From contig JAWBKB010000023.1 in the NCBI GenBank assembly GCA_038831915.1, positions 1 through 22,168 on the forward strand: a stretch of DNA of 22,168 nt, in the 5' to 3' direction. Under the pieces are notes generated by a model. It was not told the DNA's origin. It ran no database searches and saw only the letters and a program-made list of their open reading frames with translations. Both the position numbers and the translations under genes were made by a program. This DNA is from Candidatus Caldarchaeum sp. Lineage in GTDB: Archaea > Thermoproteota > Nitrososphaeria_A > Caldarchaeales > Caldarchaeaceae. Positions 8,465 to 17,588 of the stretch are shown here, one piece after another (the first letter of the stretch is position 1; each line of letters opens with the position of its first letter).

Positions 8465-10216
8465 TCATGTGCTTTTAGCGGTTAGGCCTGTCTCACCGGC
8501 TTTCATCGACCTTAGTTTTTCGTCTGATAGTTTTTCGAAAAGCGGCGTCGGTTTCTTTATCGGTGTTCCCGCGGCTATCTGCCATGGTTTTTCACCAATC
8601 CACGAAGGTGTAACATATCCGTACCCGATCATTTCCAGAATTCGCCGTGATTTTTCAGGCGTAAATGGATGAAGAAGCAACGCAAGCGCTTTCACCGTCT
8701 GCGCAGCCACGTGAAGCACGGTCGCCGCTTCATCTTTCTGTGTTTTGACTAGTTTCCAAGGTTCGCGTCTGTTGAAGTAAACGTTTCCATCCCTGCAAAG
8801 CTGAATCACTGTTTCGAGCGCTTGTTTTTCACGAACTTCCGACAAAAGCTCGTCCACTTCGTTGAAAGTTTTTTCCACGGTTTTGAGCATAGATTCGTCC
8901 TCCGTGGTGAACTGTCCTGGTGTAGGCACTTTTGCGTCAAAATAGTTGACGATAAATGTGAAGACGCGGTGGATGAAGTTGCCCAAAGTGTCGTTAAGGT
9001 CTCCGTTCACCACCGACTGCAACCCGTCGAAGCTAAAGTTCGAGTCACCGGTTTCGGGCCTCATTTTGACGAGGTAGAACCGCCAAACATCGGCGGGCAG
9101 CATTTCGATGGCTTGGTCAAGCCAGAGGCCGACGCCGAGGCTTTTGGAGAACTTCTTGCCTTCAAACGTGAGGTATTCTGTCGCGGAAACCGTGTAAGGC
9201 AGCACGTAAGGCTCATGCGTAGCAAGCAATAGAGCGGGCAAAATAACCGTGTGAAACGGGATGTTGTCTTTCCCGATGAAATAAGCGGTTTTGGTTTCGG
9301 GGTTGAGCCAAAACTCTTTCCAACGGTCAGGCTCGCCCCTTTTCACAGCCCATTCAATCGTCGCCGTCACATATCCGAGTACGGCTTCGAACCAGACGTA
9401 GATGGTTTTGTTCTGAGCGTTTGGGAACGGGGCTGGAATGCCCCAGAGGTTGTCCCGCGTAATAGCACGAGGCTTCAACCCTTCCCTTATCCAGCTCAAG
9501 CTAAAGTTACGCACCTTATCGCTTAAAGCAGGGTTCAAAACCAGCCAGTTTTTCAGCTTGTCTGAGAAACGCGGCAAATCGAAAAACCAGTGCAGGCTTG
9601 ACTCGACCACGGGTTTTTCACCGCAGATGCTGCACCGCGGCTCAACGAGGTCAAGCGGGTCGAGAACTTTTCCACATGATTCGCACTGGTCTCCGCGGGC
9701 TCTCTGATAGCCACATGAAGGACACGTGCCCGTCACAAACCTGTCGGGCAGAAAACGTCCACAGTTCCTGCAAAATAGCTGGTTAACCTCCTCCTCGTAG
9801 ATGTAGCCGTTGTGATAGATTTTCATGAATATTTCCTGACATTTTTCGATGTGAATGGAATTGTGAGTTCTCGTATAATTGTCGAAAGAAAGGTGAAATT
9901 TGTTGAACAAGTCGACTACCAAGGCGTGGTTTTTATCGGTTATTTCGCGTGGGTCGACGCCGCGCTTAGCCGCCTCCACTTCAATCGGCGTGCCATGTTC
10001 ATCGGAGCCGCTGACGAACACTACTTCATGGCCTTTCGCACGAAGATAACGTGCAAACACATCAGCCGAAAGCTCCGACCCTATAAGCGTCCCTAAATGA
10101 GGCACGGTGTTAATGTATGGCCATGCACCGCAGACAACCCATCGGCCTAGCGTAAACCACCCTTTTAACACACCCTGCAAACCATTAAAAAAGCCTTTCC
10201 AAATTTCATGCATCAA
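8465..10216 (-). CDS. metG: Methionyl-tRNA synthetase (short form, no C-terminal Trbp111 domain); true start probably downstream of 10216
   Basis: Has AWPYIN..PHLG (HIGH), GSDEHG, four CxxC knuckles, YVWFEA, GKDNIPFH and KFSKS. Confidence 0.97.
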   Translation of the reverse strand: MMHEIWKGFFNGLQGVLKGWFTLGRWVVCGAWPYINTVPHLGTLIGSELSADVFARYLRAKGHEVVFVSGSDEHGTPIEVEAAKRGVDPREITDKNHALVVDLFNKFHLSFDNYTRTHNSIHIEKCQEIFMKIYHNGYIYEEEVNQLFCRNCGRFLPDRFVTGTCPSCGYQRARGDQCESCGKVLDPLDLVEPRCSICGEKPVVESSLHWFFDLPRFSDKLKNWLVLNPALSDKVRNFSLSWIREGLKPRAITRDNLWGIPAPFPNAQNKTIYVWFEAVLGYVTATIEWAVKRGEPDRWKEFWLNPETKTAYFIGKDNIPFHTVILPALLLATHEPYVLPYTVSATEYLTFEGKKFSKSLGVGLWLDQAIEMLPADVWRFYLVKMRPETGDSNFSFDGLQSVVNGDLNDTLGNFIHRVFTFIVNYFDAKVPTPGQFTTEDESMLKTVEKTFNEVDELLSEVREKQALETVIQLCRDGNVYFNRREPWKLVKTQKDEAATVLHVAAQTVKALALLLHPFTPEKSRRILEMIGYGYVTPSWIGEKPWQIAAGTPIKKPTPLFEKLSDEKLRSMKAGETGLTAKST

Positions 10217-10931
10217 AAATCATGTACAGCTCACGGAGGTCTTTCACGACGAAGTCCGGCCTTATCGGGGACGGTTTTCCACCATGTCTGTCGACTAGGA
10301 CAGCGTAGAGCCCAGCCGCCTTCGCTCCGCTAATATCGTTGACCGGGTCGTCGCCAACCATCACACATTCCCACGGTTTTACGTTTAGAAGCTCGACAGC
10401 ACGTAGAAACGGCACTGGACTCGGCTTGATTTCGCTCGTGTCCTCGCCGGCGATAACCACGACTTTGAAATATTTGAGCAAACCGCCTTTTTCCAGTCTC
10501 TTTGCCTTGATTCCTGGAAGACCGTCAGTGTTAGTCACCATGCCCAACACATATTTCCTCGAAAGATTTTCGAGCACTTCGATTGTTTCGGGGAAAACAG
10601 GGCCTTTCATGTATTCTGTCCAGTAGGTCACGGACCATTCTCTTAGAAGCTGGTCGTCGATTTTCACGTCCAACTCCATTTCCGACAACACGTGTTTCCA
10701 AATCTTGTCCCGGTCGAGAAGACCCATTCTTTCAACGACTCTTTCCACTCGCCCCAAAACACTGTAAACTTTGTCAAAGTCATAGGAATTTCCCAAATGA
10801 GCTATGATGGCTTCGGCCACGCGTTTCTGCGCCATCGGAAGGACGGAAGCTGAATCAACCAACGTGTTGTCGTAGTCAAATAGCACTGCTTTAACGCGAA
10901 GCTTTTCCACCAATTCATCAGCACCCCGCAC
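10206..10931 (-). CDS. HAD-superfamily hydrolase, subfamily IA (start possibly TTG 10913)
   Basis: Motif I FDYDNTL, motif II VTN, motif III KP and motif IV VGDD..ND. Confidence 0.92.
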   Translation of the reverse strand: MRGADELVEKLRVKAVLFDYDNTLVDSASVLPMAQKRVAEAIIAHLGNSYDFDKVYSVLGRVERVVERMGLLDRDKIWKHVLSEMELDVKIDDQLLREWSVTYWTEYMKGPVFPETIEVLENLSRKYVLGMVTNTDGLPGIKAKRLEKGGLLKYFKVVVIAGEDTSEIKPSPVPFLRAVELLNVKPWECVMVGDDPVNDISGAKAAGLYAVLVDRHGGKPSPIRPDFVVKDLRELYMIFDA

Positions 10932-10964
10932 GACCGAGAATAAATATCCAATATGGTGACGCCT

Positions 10965-11309
10965 TCATCCACAGTGATGTTCAACAGCCAAGATGAAAAC
11001 ACCACCATCGAAACCAATCTTGACAGCTCTTTCGTACAAGCTATATCCGGTTTTCGCCTTCACCAAGGCAACCAGTTTTTCCACATCCTCGGTGTCCAAA
11101 GCCACGACGGTCGGAGCCGGGTTCAACGCCTCAAATTCACGCGGATAGGTCGTGGTAGAAGATGTTTGGCGGCTTTGTTTCAACGCTTCGACGATTTCAG
11201 TCGAAAGTTCAGATTCGTCGACGTACAAGTCAGGTGTTGCTTCGGAGACGTGCACTATTTTGACTCTTATTTTTCCCGGTGAAGTATCGATGTAGCTTTT
11301 CTCATACAT
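10965..11309 (-). CDS. Hypothetical protein (114 aa) ending in EHHCG
   Basis: ATG lies 1 nt after the prf1 stop, fills the gap in a co-directional run and has globular-like composition. No family recognised. Confidence 0.7.
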   Translation of the reverse strand: MYEKSYIDTSPGKIRVKIVHVSEATPDLYVDESELSTEIVEALKQSRQTSSTTTYPREFEALNPAPTVVALDTEDVEKLVALVKAKTGYSLYERAVKIGFDGGVFILAVEHHCG

Positions 11310-11310
11310 T

Positions 11311-12564
11311 TCAATATCCTCCCCGGTGTCGTAGAATTCCAGCTATACCTTTGAAAGCCTTCTTAAACATCTCTCCTTCTTCGTGTTCAGAGGAAATCAA
11401 TTCCACTTTTACGCCGAGCTTATCAGCTTCTTCGATTAATTTGTCTATCAGAAGCCGTGTATCTGATAGCCCGAGGCTGTTGTTACCGCATACGGGACAT
11501 TTTTCCGCGAGCTTTTTCGGAATTTCCGCCTGCATTTCAGATGAATCCAACGTCAAAACAGTCTCGTATCCACAGTTCTGGCATTTGATTTTCAACTCAA
11601 CTCTGTCAAGGTCTTCGGAAATCAACAACAGCTCAACCATGTTTTTCTGAAGCGCGTCCAACACCTGTTTCTCGCCGTAAACCGCCAATCCATCTACCCG
11701 CGTAGCCTCATTCATCAACCGCTGAATCAACCGCTGCTCCTCAATCATCCGCACCTCTTTGAGAAAATCAGCCGACTTCGCAATAGCTTCGCGAACACCG
11801 CTTTCACCCGAATAAGAAGTATCAACGATGTGAATTTTATCGCGTAAAGTGTAGTGAAGATAGTCGCCTTGTGCGAATAGCTCTTTAGTCGGGCCCGGGC
11901 CCGCGATAATCACGCCTTTCATCTCGGGATACTGGAGAAAGAGTTCGTTGGCTTTTTCCGCGACTCGTTTGTAGAATTCGTTCAAAGTCATTTCGCGTAA
12001 TCTTTCGAACCTTCGGGCGGACTGGCCTCCGGCGTGATGTTTGCCAGGAACACCGGACGTGTATGTTTTGAGCTGCGAAATGCTGCGACCCTTAACGATG
12101 GCGACCGCTGCTTCTTCGTTGTCAATCACCAATACTCCGTAAACGGCTTTTTCACGGAGTAGGTCTTTCAAAGGTTCGACGAGGAACTTGCTGTCACAGC
12201 GATAGAGAAACGTAGTAATTGGCTCGGGTGGAATCAAATGGTAAACCTCTATTTTGCTTGTTTGACCGCTGTTCTGCGGAATTGCTCCACTAAAGATTAC
12301 CAAGCCAGTTGGACCTGGGTTGTTGAACAGCTTAAGCCTCTGTATCGCGCTTTCGATGGCGTCCTGAACATTTTTACGTGTCTGCTTGGATTTGATGTTG
12401 GCAGCCGTCGCGTATTCCTGTCGCAGATAGTTGATGACGTCGGAAATCGATTTGTCAGGTGGAACGTACAGCGTTACGAGCTCCGTTCCACGGCCTTCCA
12501 GCTTCTCGATGGTCTGAAGAAGACGCTTGAACTGAAAAAGCGAAACAGAATCTCTTCTCAACAT
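11311..12564 (-). CDS. prf1: Peptide chain release factor aRF1
   Basis: Has GRGTELVTLY, NIKS, YRCDSKF and GGQS motifs, plus a CQNC/CPVC zinc mini-domain. Confidence 0.98.
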   Translation of the reverse strand: MLRRDSVSLFQFKRLLQTIEKLEGRGTELVTLYVPPDKSISDVINYLRQEYATAANIKSKQTRKNVQDAIESAIQRLKLFNNPGPTGLVIFSGAIPQNSGQTSKIEVYHLIPPEPITTFLYRCDSKFLVEPLKDLLREKAVYGVLVIDNEEAAVAIVKGRSISQLKTYTSGVPGKHHAGGQSARRFERLREMTLNEFYKRVAEKANELFLQYPEMKGVIIAGPGPTKELFAQGDYLHYTLRDKIHIVDTSYSGESGVREAIAKSADFLKEVRMIEEQRLIQRLMNEATRVDGLAVYGEKQVLDALQKNMVELLLISEDLDRVELKIKCQNCGYETVLTLDSSEMQAEIPKKLAEKCPVCGNNSLGLSDTRLLIDKLIEEADKLGVKVELISSEHEEGEMFKKAFKGIAGILRHRGGY

Positions 12565-12719
12565 AACGCCTACACCGGTGGAGAGCGGTTGCTACGAAAA
12601 AGCCAAGCTGACCAACATGTGGGACACACTTCTATGTAAAAAAGGTTATCGCGGCTGTTCCTGGTTCACAGCTGGGTAGCCTTTAAAAGACAAATCATCA
12701 TCGAAAAGTCGGCAGGTAA

Positions 12720-15410
12720 ATGTTAGTTTCCGAAGTCGAGGAAAGCTGGCATTCGCTCACGGTTGACGAAACTCTGCGGAAGCTCGGAACAGACGCGGTG
12801 ACCGGCTTGTCAAGCGACGAGGCGGCCCGACGACTACAGCGATATGGGTTTAACGAGCTCGAACCCGTTCCAAAACCCTCGCCCTTGAAAATTTTCTTCA
12901 AACAGTTCGCCAACATCCTCATCGGGCTGCTGCTCGCGGCGTTGGTCATCTCGGCTTTCTTCGGCGAAATCATCGATTCAATCGTCATAGGCGTGATTGT
13001 TTTCTTTGTGGCTGTTGTCGGGTTTTTCCAGGAATACAGGGCTGAAAAAACTCTCGAAGCTTTGAAGAAAATGCTGACACCCGTCGTCACAGTTGTGAGA
13101 GACGGTCGCGAACGCGAAGTTTCTTCCAAAGAGCTTGTCCCCGGCGACATCGTCGTTTTAACTACGGGAACCAAGGTGCCAGCCGACCTCCGCCTCGTAG
13201 AAGCCGTCAACCTTCAGACCAATGAAGCACCTTTGACCGGAGAATCCACACCTGTCCAGAAAACAACAAGTCCAGTGCCTCAAACAGCTTCAGTCGGCGA
13301 CCGGTTCAACATGGCTTACGCCGGAACAATAGTAACCTACGGACGTGGAAAAGGAGTGGTTGTCGCAACCGGGTCGAGAACAGAGTTCGGCAAAATCGCC
13401 AAAGCCACATCCGCGCTGGTGGAAGAGAAGACGCCGCTAGAAATCCGCATGGATGAAATCGGGAAAAGGTTTGCTGTCTTCGCCGTGGCGGTCATCGCCG
13501 CCATATTCGTAACCGAGCTTTTCCGAGAAATTCTCGCCGGCTATTTGGCTTTGAGTTTTCTCGTCGAAGTATTTCTCTTCGCGATTGCTTTGGCAGTTGC
13601 GATTGTTCCCGAAGCTTTGCCGGGAATCGTGACAGCTACTCTCGCGATTGGAATGGGTATCATGGCGAGGCAAAAAGCGTTGGTGCGTAGAATGCCGGCG
13701 GTCGAGACACTCGGCTCCACACAAGTCATCTGTTTTGACAAGACGGGGACTTTGACGATGAATCAAATGACTGTGCGGCAGCTCTATTTCGACGGGAAAT
13801 TTGTTGAAGCCAATTCCTTCGAAAGCAGTAATGAACACGGTGATTTGCTTTTGAAAGCATGTGTTCTCTGCAACGACGCAACCGTGAAAACCGAGAACCG
13901 GAAACCCGTGGTTTACGGCGACCCAACCGAAGGAGCGTTGCTGCTTTTCGCCACTAACATCGGCGTCGATGTTGATAACGTGAGACGAAGATTTCCCCGC
14001 GTCTTTGAATTTCCGTTCACATCTGAGCGGAAGATGATGACGACTTTCCACAAATCGCCTGACGATGGAGTCCATGGCTATATGAAAGGAGCTGTCGAAT
14101 CTGTTCTGCCGCGATGTGTGTCTGTGATGGATACCGATGGTTTGAGGCCTTTGACCGATGAATCGCGGCTGAGAATAATGCGGGCCGCTGAAGAAATGGC
14201 CCTCAGAGCCTATAGAGTTCTCGCAGTCGCTTACAAAGCCTTGGACAAGTCGGGAGGATTTGACGAACAAGGGTTTGTCTTTCTCGGGCTTGTCGGGATG
14301 ATGGACCCGCCACGGCCTGAAGCATATGAAGCTGTGAAAAAGGCCCGGGAGGCAGGTATCAAAACTGTCATGGTAACCGGTGACCATAAGCTGACAGCCT
14401 TGGCAATAGCCAGGGAGGTTGAAATCTATCGTGAAGGTGACATGGTTTTGACAGGTGAGGAACTCGACAAACTGTCCGACGAAGAATTTGACAAAATCGT
14501 GGAAAAAGTCGTGGTGTATGCGCGGATTTCACCGATGCATAAGCTGAAAATCGTCGAGGCATGGAAGCGGAAAGGCTACGTGGTGGCGATGACAGGAGAC
14601 GGTGTTAACGATGCTCCAGCCCTGAAGAAAGCAGACATCGGAGTCGCGATGGGAATAACGGGAACAGACGTCGCCAAGGAGTCCGCGGACATGGTTTTGG
14701 CGGACGACAACTTCGCAACCATCGTCAAAGCAGTTGAACTCGGTCGATGGATTTACGGCAACGTCCGCAAATATCTTGTCTATCTTCTGGAAGCCAACCT
14801 CGTCGAAACAATAGTCATAGCTGGAGTTGCTCTCGTGATAGCTGAGCTTCTCGGCCTCAAAGGAGAAGACGCGTTACCGCTTCTCCCCGTCCACATCCTG
14901 TACATCAACCTCGCCACCGATGGATTACCCGCCATCGCTCTCGGCTTCAGCCCACCCGACCCCGACATCATGAAACGCAAGCCAACACCACGCAACGAAC
15001 CCGTCTTCAACAAACAAGTCATCAGCCTATTGCTCACTATAGTGGCTGCAGCCACTCCGCTCTATTTTATCGGATACATAACAGCCCTTTCCGCCGGCGT
15101 CGAACAAGCAAGGACAAGGCTCTTCCTCATGTTCATCGCAAACGAGCTTGTCCTCGCACTCAACTGTCGCTCACTCGTCTACACCAACTTCGAAGCCAAA
15201 CCACACAAATGGCTCTGGCTCGCAGTCGCATGGGAAGTCATACTGATAACAACCATCCTAACCGTTCCACGAGCGGCGTCGTTACTGCATCTCACTACTC
15301 CGACCACAACCGACTTGCTATGGATTTTCGGCGGAGCAGCATACGTATACACCGCGGTTGAGCTGTCTAAAGTGATCCGTCGCCGCGGGCTCAAACCTAT
15401 AACCGAGTAA
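12720..15410 (+). CDS. P-type ATPase, type IIA (Ca2+-transporting, SERCA-like)
   Basis: Has TGES, PEAL, DKTGT, KGA, DPPR, TGD, GDGVND and M6 YINLATDG. TATA-like TTTAAAA at 12682-12688. Confidence 0.93.
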   Translation: MLVSEVEESWHSLTVDETLRKLGTDAVTGLSSDEAARRLQRYGFNELEPVPKPSPLKIFFKQFANILIGLLLAALVISAFFGEIIDSIVIGVIVFFVAVVGFFQEYRAEKTLEALKKMLTPVVTVVRDGREREVSSKELVPGDIVVLTTGTKVPADLRLVEAVNLQTNEAPLTGESTPVQKTTSPVPQTASVGDRFNMAYAGTIVTYGRGKGVVVATGSRTEFGKIAKATSALVEEKTPLEIRMDEIGKRFAVFAVAVIAAIFVTELFREILAGYLALSFLVEVFLFAIALAVAIVPEALPGIVTATLAIGMGIMARQKALVRRMPAVETLGSTQVICFDKTGTLTMNQMTVRQLYFDGKFVEANSFESSNEHGDLLLKACVLCNDATVKTENRKPVVYGDPTEGALLLFATNIGVDVDNVRRRFPRVFEFPFTSERKMMTTFHKSPDDGVHGYMKGAVESVLPRCVSVMDTDGLRPLTDESRLRIMRAAEEMALRAYRVLAVAYKALDKSGGFDEQGFVFLGLVGMMDPPRPEAYEAVKKAREAGIKTVMVTGDHKLTALAIAREVEIYREGDMVLTGEELDKLSDEEFDKIVEKVVVYARISPMHKLKIVEAWKRKGYVVAMTGDGVNDAPALKKADIGVAMGITGTDVAKESADMVLADDNFATIVKAVELGRWIYGNVRKYLVYLLEANLVETIVIAGVALVIAELLGLKGEDALPLLPVHILYINLATDGLPAIALGFSPPDPDIMKRKPTPRNEPVFNKQVISLLLTIVAAATPLYFIGYITALSAGVEQARTRLFLMFIANELVLALNCRSLVYTNFEAKPHKWLWLAVAWEVILITTILTVPRAASLLHLTTPTTTDLLWIFGGAAYVYTAVELSKVIRRRGLKPITE

Positions 15411-15425
15411 GGGATGTGGTGGAAG

Positions 15426-16103
15426 ATGAACGTCGTCCTCAAAATCGGCGGCAGCGTTGTTTTCGGCGAAAAAATCGACGTAGAACTGCTCAGAAAATAT
15501 GCGAAGCTTGTGCAAGAGGTTTACGACGGCGGTCGATGGGTCGTGGTCGTGGGAGGTGGCGGCATCTCCCGCCAGTATATTGAAGCCGCTAAATCAATCG
15601 GCCTCGACCCCGCTTCATGCGACGAAGCAGCCATAAAACTAACACGTGTCCACGCCTATCTTTTTGCACGAGCTCTCGGAGACAAAGCTGTTCAAACAAT
15701 ACCCACATCGGTTGATGAAATCCGGTTCTTGACAGGGTTTGGCAAAGTTGTTGTTTCCGGCGGGTTGCAGCCGGGCCAGTCCACGATTGCTGTGAGCATC
15801 CACGCCGCGACAGTCACAGGAGCCGAAAGAATCGTGGTGGCGAGCGATGTAGATGGTGTTTATTCAGATGACCCGAAGAAAAACCCCGACGCAAAACTCA
15901 TCCCCAAAATGACGTTTGAAGAGTTCGCGGAATTTGGCCGGAAAATTTCACAGCAGCCAGGCCAGTACCAGATAATCGACGCCGTGGGGCTTGCGATGGC
16001 TCTCCGAGCCCGCATCCCCATCTACTATGTGAACGGTCACCGTGTTGAACAGGTTCGGGACTCTTTGCTGGGGCGGCGGGCTGGAACCATCATCTCCGAC
16101 TAA
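15426..16103 (+). CDS. pyrH: UMP kinase
   Basis: Has VLKIGGS, VVGGG, GGLQPGQST and DVDGVYSDDPKKNPDAK. ATG 15426 after GGTGG is preferred over 15414. Confidence 0.93.
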   Translation: MNVVLKIGGSVVFGEKIDVELLRKYAKLVQEVYDGGRWVVVVGGGGISRQYIEAAKSIGLDPASCDEAAIKLTRVHAYLFARALGDKAVQTIPTSVDEIRFLTGFGKVVVSGGLQPGQSTIAVSIHAATVTGAERIVVASDVDGVYSDDPKKNPDAKLIPKMTFEEFAEFGRKISQQPGQYQIIDAVGLAMALRARIPIYYVNGHRVEQVRDSLLGRRAGTIISD

Positions 16104-16153
16104 GCTTATCGTCCCGATATCTACATTGTGGCGAGTTTATTTTCAGTGAGGTT

Positions 16154-16861
16154 TTATACACCCAAGTATGCTTTTTTTATGTAGTCACTTCCCAAAAGTT
16201 CTTTTCCACTGCCCTTAAGAACCGTCGAGCCGTTTTCTATAACATAAGCTCTATCGCTTAAGCTTAGGGCAACATAGGCATTTTGCTCGGCTATCAAAAT
16301 AGTAATGTTTCTTTCCCTGTTTATCTGAGCGATAGCATCGCTTATTTTGTCTAGCATTATCGGCGATAATCCAAGTGAGGGCTCATCTAGGATAAGTAGA
16401 TTCGGGCCCCCCATCAGTCCTTTAGCTATGGCGAGCATCTGTTGTTCTCCTCCGCTCAATGTCCCCGCTAGTTGCTTCCTCCTATCTTTGAGGACTGGAA
16501 AAAACGAGTAAACATAATCAAAATCTTTTTTGATGGAATCTTTATCTTTCCTTAAATACGCTCCCATCTCCAAGTTCTCCTCTACCGTCATCATGGGGAA
16601 TATACCTCTTCCTTCTGGAACATGAATGATGCCCAAAGCAGCTATTTGGAACGGTTCTAACATTGTAATGTCCCTCCCCTCGAACAATACACTTCCCTTT
16701 ATCGGCTTTAGAATTCCGGAAATCACTCTTAGCGTGGTTGTTTTTCCCGCGCCGTTAGCTCCGATAAGAGACACAATTTCCCCTTTTTCCACCCTGACGG
16801 ACACTTTTTTTAGTGCCAACGCTGTGCCATATGCTGCAGCTAGCTCCTTAACCTCTAGCAT
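16154..16861 (-). CDS. livF: Branched-chain amino acid ABC transporter ATPase, LivF-like
   Basis: Has GANGAGKTT, VPEGRGIF, LSGGEQQML and LDEPSLGL. Confidence 0.93.
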   Translation of the reverse strand: MLEVKELAAAYGTALALKKVSVRVEKGEIVSLIGANGAGKTTTLRVISGILKPIKGSVLFEGRDITMLEPFQIAALGIIHVPEGRGIFPMMTVEENLEMGAYLRKDKDSIKKDFDYVYSFFPVLKDRRKQLAGTLSGGEQQMLAIAKGLMGGPNLLILDEPSLGLSPIMLDKISDAIAQINRERNITILIAEQNAYVALSLSDRAYVIENGSTVLKGSGKELLGSDYIKKAYLGV

Positions 16862-17588
16862 AAAACCTTACCCCCAAATAAGCCCTAATCACTTCATCAT
16901 TTTTTGCTATCTCGTCGGGAGTTCCCTCTGCTATCTTTCTTCCAAAGTTAAGAACCATTATTCTATCGCAGACCCCCATCACCACCTTCATGTTATGCTC
17001 TATCAACACAATCGTGATTCCAGATTTTTTGAGTTTTTTGACTACGTTTATGATTTCGTCCATCTCTGATGGTGTCAACCCACCTGCAGGTTCATCCAAC
17101 ATCAGTAGTGTAGGCTCTGCTGCCAGAGCTCTAGCTATCTCGAGCCTTTTTCGTTCGCCTTGTGGAAGAGTTTCCGCATATGAATTTTTTCGGTGTATCA
17201 GGCCCACAAACTCGAGCAGTGCATCGGCTTTATCAACAGCCTGCCTTTCGTCTATACCTCTCAAAACACCTTTTTTTACATATTGTGGGATGAGAACATT
17301 GTCTAGCACGGTCATTCCCAAAAATGGCTTTACGATTTGCCATGTCCTGACTAGTCCTAACTTCGCTATTTCGTTAGGTTTCTTTCCGGTGATGTTAATT
17401 CCGTTGAAATAAATCGTTCCTTGATCAGGCTTGTAAAATCCTGTTATTATGTTGAAGAGCGTTGTTTTCCCAGCCCCGTTCGGTCCTATTATACCGAATA
17501 TCTCGCCCTGGTTGACTTTGAAAGACACATTGTCCACTGCAACCAAACCGCCAAACAGTTTCGTAATATTATGGCCTTGCATGATCAT
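16848..17588 (-). CDS. livG: Branched-chain amino acid ABC transporter ATPase, LivG-like
   Basis: Has FGGLVAV, GPNGAGKTT, LDEPAGG and IEHNM. ATG 17588 forms an ATGA overlap with the livM stop. Confidence 0.93.
   Translation of the reverse strand: MIMQGHNITKLFGGLVAVDNVSFKVNQGEIFGIIGPNGAGKTTLFNIITGFYKPDQGTIYFNGINITGKKPNEIAKLGLVRTWQIVKPFLGMTVLDNVLIPQYVKKGVLRGIDERQAVDKADALLEFVGLIHRKNSYAETLPQGERKRLEIARALAAEPTLLMLDEPAGGLTPSEMDEIINVVKKLKKSGITIVLIEHNMKVVMGVCDRIMVLNFGRKIAEGTPDEIAKNDEVIRAYLGVRFYARG

Noticed and set aside
10962-10973. Cys-Gly-TGA as possible selenocysteine read-through
   Set aside because: No SECIS-like hairpin or Sec machinery is visible, and TGA is an ordinary stop in many genes here.
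12640-12701. Minus-strand ATGATGA (12701-12695) as box C of a C/D sRNA
   Set aside because: No CTGA box D at a suitable distance; the region is explained by divergent promoters.
13437-14387. 316-aa antisense ORF inside the P-type ATPase
   Set aside because: Fully overlaps a conserved gene and has no recognisable motif; a shadow ORF.
16122-16150. ACATTGTGGCGAGTT as a possible IS end at the left boundary of the liv islet
   Set aside because: Too little similarity to GGTACTGTCAAC and no partner repeat in the window.
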